Assembly (NCBI GenBank): GCA_048128005.1
Contig: JBEUKZ010000049.1
Span: 186,001-211,552 of the forward strand
Source of the DNA: Veleropilina oligotropha
Lineage: Eukaryota
Direction: 5' to 3'
DNA length: 25,552 bases
The notes under the pieces are model-generated. The model had not been told where the DNA came from and ran no database searches. It worked only from the letters and a program-made list of their open reading frames with translations. Both the position numbers and the translations under genes were made by a program. Of the stretch, positions 21,420 to 25,552 are shown piece by piece. Position 1 is the stretch's first letter. Each line of letters opens with the position of its first letter.

Positions 21420-21678
21420 GGAGGAGGAATTATGCTTAATGTCCTGTATATTTATAACATCGAGGTTCAAGGCAGGACATGTCCATGTTATCGCGGGAGG
21501 AAACCCCGGTCGCCCGGGTAAACCCGCCCTCTTCGGCCAGTCACGGACAACTGTGCTTCATAACTTGAACAAATGTGTGCTGCCTCAGCCGGGGGTCGAT
21601 CCCACTACTGTTCGTGTCAGCGGAAACAAGCCAGTGAAGTTAGAGTGGACACTCTACCCACTGCGCTACCGAAGCGGC
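21420..21678 (-). mobile_element. Complete tRNA-derived SINE with V-domain-like core (259 bp)
   Basis: 14-bp TSD CTCACTGTAGAAGA at 21406-21419 and 21679-21692. A box TAGCGCAGTGGG, B-box-like GGGATCGACCCC, core GGTTTACCCGGGCGACCGGGGTTTCCTCCC, 3' stem ATGTCCTG/CAGGACAT, (TCC)n tail. Confidence 0.92.
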
Positions 21679-21692
21679 CTCACTGTAGAAGA

Positions 21693-22943
21693 ACAGAAAT
21701 TGGTCTACATAGTGATGATATATCAGGCGAAGACGAAGTAAGGACCGAAAGCTTCGATCTACCTGAATATCTCCGAAAAATGTATGAAGCAAGTTGTAGA
21801 AATATAAAAGATAGTGAAGTGAGAAGGAAACTTAAGGAACTGTTGATAAAACATAAGGGAGCATTTTCTAAGGATAAGCTAGACCTAGGAAAATGTTCTT
21901 TGATTAAGCATAGCATCGATACAGCTGGAGCAGCTCCAATTAGACAACCACCAAGGCGAACACCACAAGGGTTCGAAGGTGAAGAAGAAATGTATCTACA
22001 GGACCAGATAAAAGCAGGTGTAGTGCAGCCGTCTTGTTCGGCATGGGCGTCACCGGTCGTTCTCATATGCAAGAAGGATGGTTCGGTTAGGTGGTGCATT
22101 GATTATCGGAAAGTCAAAGATGCTTATCCTATACCTCGAATAGATTCTTGTATTGATTGTTTGGGATCTGCTAAGATATTCTCGACGGTTGACTTACAAA
22201 GTGGTTATTGGCAAATAGAAATGGATGAGAGAGATAAGGCTAAGACAGCATTCATAACAAAATATGGTTTGTATGAATATAACAAATTGCCTTTCGGGTT
22301 ATGCAATTCCGCCAGCACATTTGAACGTTGTATCGAAATGATCTTTAGAGGTTTGCAATGGAAGACGTTACTTATCTATATAGATGATGTGATAATCTTT
22401 AGTAATTCTATGTCTGAACATTTCGAGAGGTTGGACGAGGTTTTGTCAAGACTAAATAGTGCTGGGCTGAAATTAAAACCTTCGAAATGTGAATTGCTAA
22501 AATGAGAGGTTTTGTTCTTAGGTTATCTGGTTGGTCAAGATGGTGTGAAGCCAAATCCTGAGAGCATAAAAGCGATTGCCAAATGGAAAGTTCCAAGCAA
22601 TGTTAAGGACATTCAGAGGTTTCTAGGATTATGCAACTATTACAGGCAATTTGTCTATCAATTAAGTGAGATAGCGGCGCCAATGACTGAGCTGACACAC
22701 AAGGGTGTTCCATTTGAATGGACATCAAAATGTCAAAGATCATTCGATACTTTGAAAAAATCTTTGTGTGAGGCGCCAGTAAGGGCATATCCATTACCCG
22801 ATGGGGAGTTTATTCTCGACACTGATGCATCCGACCTAGGAATAGGTGGTGTATTATTGCAGGTTCACGAAGGTCAAGAAAAAGTAATTGCCTATGCTTC
22901 CAAAAAACTTAATAAGCAACAAAGAAGATATTGTGTAACAAGA
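21693..22943 (+). pseudogene. Gypsy reverse transcriptase - RNase H
   Basis: ORFs 21573-22505 and 22512- share one frame, separated by a single TGA (22503-22505). DYRKVKDAYP lacks about 5 residues relative to the usual DYRKLNxxTxKDAYP. Confidence 0.93.
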
Positions 22944-24944
22944 TTGATTGAATTGATTGAATTGATGTTTAACGACCACGCCGACACTATTTGGTCATAA
23001 TCGGGTCGGTCAAGTTGACTATATAATAATTTAATATAAAATATTCAAAGTTGGGATAGTAAGTACCGATAAATAAAAGATGTAAATAAAACAAACCAAT
23101 ACATTTCCAAATAAAATAAATCCAATGCAAATTAAGATAAAAATCAATGTAATTTAGATAAAAACACAAGGCAATAAAATAACAAAATTTAAAAGGTCAA
23201 ATGTTTGCTAAATACTAGTATAATAATAAAATAGTATAATTAAAAACAAAATATAGAATTTAGTCAAAGGAAATAAAAGTATAAATAAGAATTATAATTT
23301 ATAGAAAATATTTACCTGTTTTAAAAATTCAAATACGGCTTCGAGCTTATTAAGATTAAATAGCTCTTGGAGTGAATTGGCCCTAAAATACCGTTGGCGT
23401 GCGAGATCCAAATCGACACAATCCAATAATATATGTTTAATTGTTAGGGCAGTTGCACAAGGAATACACTCGGGTGGAGGCTCCCCTTTAAGCAAGTAGG
23501 AGTGAGTGTAGTGAGAATGCCCAATCCTCGGTCTGGCCAAGACCACCTCCTCTCGCCGAGTTGGTCTGCAAGAGGGGACCCAATCGCCAAGAAGAGGTTG
23601 GACATTCTGCAGTTTATTCCTTGTGCATTCACTCCAAGAGTGCTGCCAAGTAGAATTTATATATTTGTTATGCTTTGTTTAAAATCTGAGTGTGGTAGTT
23701 TACAATTTAGTATATTGTTAAAATGTGAGGCTGCCTTGGCAGCTTGGTCAGCCTTCTCATTGCCTTGGATACCGATATGGCTCGGTATCCAGCATAAAAC
23801 AATGTCATTGTCAGGTAAAAGGTTGTTATAGTTTAATAAAATTTCCTGAACAATAACATTTCTATTCATCTCCCTGAGTGCTTGTAAGCTAGAGAGGGAG
23901 TCTGAATAGATAATAAAACGCCGTTTAGTACTTGTAGAGATAAAATTAAGAGCAAGCTCGATTGCTTTTAGTTCTGCAGTATAAATAGTCGCGCTGCCTG
24001 GCAGACGGTTTTGAAAACATTGTCTGCCAGTGACAGCGGCTGCTCCTACTAATTCTGCATCTTTTGAACCATCTGTGTATATGCTTGCACGATCTGAATA
24101 TTTTAATTTCAGATCGTGCACTTTTATGAGATAATCTGATTTGTCTGTGTTTGATTTTTTGAGTGATGTAAGTTGTAGATCAATTACCGGTACTTTTAGT
24201 GTCCATGGTGGAGTATCCGGAATGTGATTTGTTTTAATTTGACCTACATGTATGCCTGCGTTTTCTAGTGCTGGTTTGATGCGGATGCCAAATGGTGCAA
24301 TTTTGTTTGGTTTTGCCTGAAATAGATTTTCGTAATTTGGTGTATAGACATTTTCGAAAGCTGGGTTAGATGGATTTGATTTTAATTTTATTGCATATTG
24401 TAGTGATAGTTTTTCACGTCTGAGTGTAAGAGATGGTTCATTGGCTTCAACATAGAGACTTTCCATGGGTGATGTGCGAAAAGCCCCTAGTGCAAGTCGA
24501 AGCCCTTGATTATGGATTGGATCAAGCATTTTAAGATATGAATGGCGAGCAGAGCCATATACTATGCTCCCATAATCAAGTTTTGATCTAATTAATGATC
24601 TATATAGTCGTAATAAAACTGTTTTATCAGCACCCCATTCAGTATTATAAACTACTTTCATTATATTTAAAGCCTTTTTACATTTGGCTTTGATGTATTT
24701 TATATGAGGTATGAAAGACAGTTTGCGGTCAAATATAAGGCCTAAAAATTTAAATTGCTCCACCACTGGAATCTCAAAGTCATCCAGTTTCAGCACAGGA
24801 TCGTCATGAATTTCACGACGCTGGCAGAAGTGCATGCATTTAGTTTTGTCCTTTGAGAATTTAAATCCATTCTCATCGGACCATATCTGTAATTTATTTA
24901 GGCCATGTTGTAACTGGCGTTCTATACTGTTCATATTTGTTGAA
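22944..24944 (-). mobile_element. Second copy of the I/Nimb-like LINE family (3' 2 kb visible), inserted in Gypsy RNase H
   Basis: Colinear with 14947-16840. Same terminal GACCCGATTATGAC..GTCGGCGTGGTCGTTAAACATCAA. Has a 1-bp frameshift near 23668. Interrupted at 24944. Confidence 0.95.
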
Positions 24945-25552
24945 TGAGTGAGTGAGTTAATTTATCGTCGCTGTCGGCACTATTATGCCATAGTGCGACG
25001 GTAATATTTATTTTAAATAATGAAGATATTTAAAACGATGTTAAATAATATAAAATCAATGTCAAATAATAAAAAACAATAAAAGATGTAAAGCAAAATA
25101 ATAACAACAACAGTAGCAATAAAATGAAGTCAAGCCATAATAAAAACAATATCAATGTCAAATAATGAAATATAATAAAACAATATCATAGAGCAAAATA
25201 TGTAGTTATGGATAAAATTAGAAATGGTAAAAATAATAAAAGCACAATGGTCAATGATGTTTTAAAAATGGTTCATAAAATAATTTATATACCTATAAAA
25301 TATTCATCAGGCCATTGTCCTTGATAAAAGATAAAATTGTTGATCCACCAGTATTTTTAAAAAGTTCCCTAAGATTTGAAGCATTAAAATATCTGTCTCT
25401 TGAGTGGGCGAACTCAGAACAATCAAGCAAGAGGTGCTTGACCGTGAGTTGCTCATCACAAGATATGCATACTGGTGGATCTTCCCCTTTCAGTAAAAAT
25501 TCGTGAGTGAGTCGAGTGTGTCCGATTCTAACACGCCTTAAAATAACTTGTT
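24945..25552 (-). mobile_element. 3' end of a third, divergent I/Nimb-like LINE, running off the window
   Basis: Minus strand 25550-25293 reads QVILRRVRIGHTRLTHEFLLKGEDPPVCISCDEQLTVKHLLLDCSEF...NIL*. AT-rich UTR, 3' stem CGTCGC/GCGACG, (CTCA)n tail. Confidence 0.92.

Larger units (their letters stand above)
14600..22943 (+). mobile_element. Ty3/Gypsy LTR retrotransposon pol remnant in three pieces (14600-14946, 20963-21419, 21693-22943)
   Basis: Protease AVVDTGAEVS..FLLGCDIL; RT WASPVVL..KKDGSVRWCIDYR, DLQSGYWQ, PFGL, YIDD; RNase H FILDTDAS..IAYASK..RRYC. The PR-RT-RH order is Gypsy-type. No LTR, gag or integrase visible. Confidence 0.95.

Noticed and set aside
21022..21741. 239-aa ORF reading through the SINE in frame (LTVEE appears twice)
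   Set aside because: The insertion plus TSD is 273 bp, a multiple of 3, but the frame stops at 21741 and is not the RT frame. It is an accidental chimera in a dead element.

Overview
AT-rich eukaryotic DNA from a marine invertebrate, probably a mollusc (inferred from the repeat repertoire). The window is almost entirely intronic. Two short plus-strand exons absent from the ORF track (8061-8153 and 12981-13137) splice in frame into a segment of a cohesin STAG/SA (Scc3) subunit. The rest is a layered stack of transposons: an L2/CR1 3' end beside a (TA)n tract, three families of Helentron/DINE-like non-autonomous elements (two with 146-151 bp internal tandem arrays), a 1.1 kb TIR element with a 5-bp TSD, a deleted piggyBac with TTAA TSDs, and a decayed Gypsy pol. 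The Gypsy pol is split by a full-length 6.0 kb I/Nimb-clade LINE (12-bp TSD), a tRNA/V-domain SINE (14-bp TSD) and a second LINE copy, which is itself interrupted by a third, more divergent LINE. I see no clearly new protein-coding system. The best leads are the hidden, possibly divergent STAG exons, the heavily structured 5' leader of the LINE, a perfect AGGTCAnnnTGACCT array carried by a Helentron, and the unclassified 5-bp-TSD element. Family assignments come from recalled motifs, not database searches.
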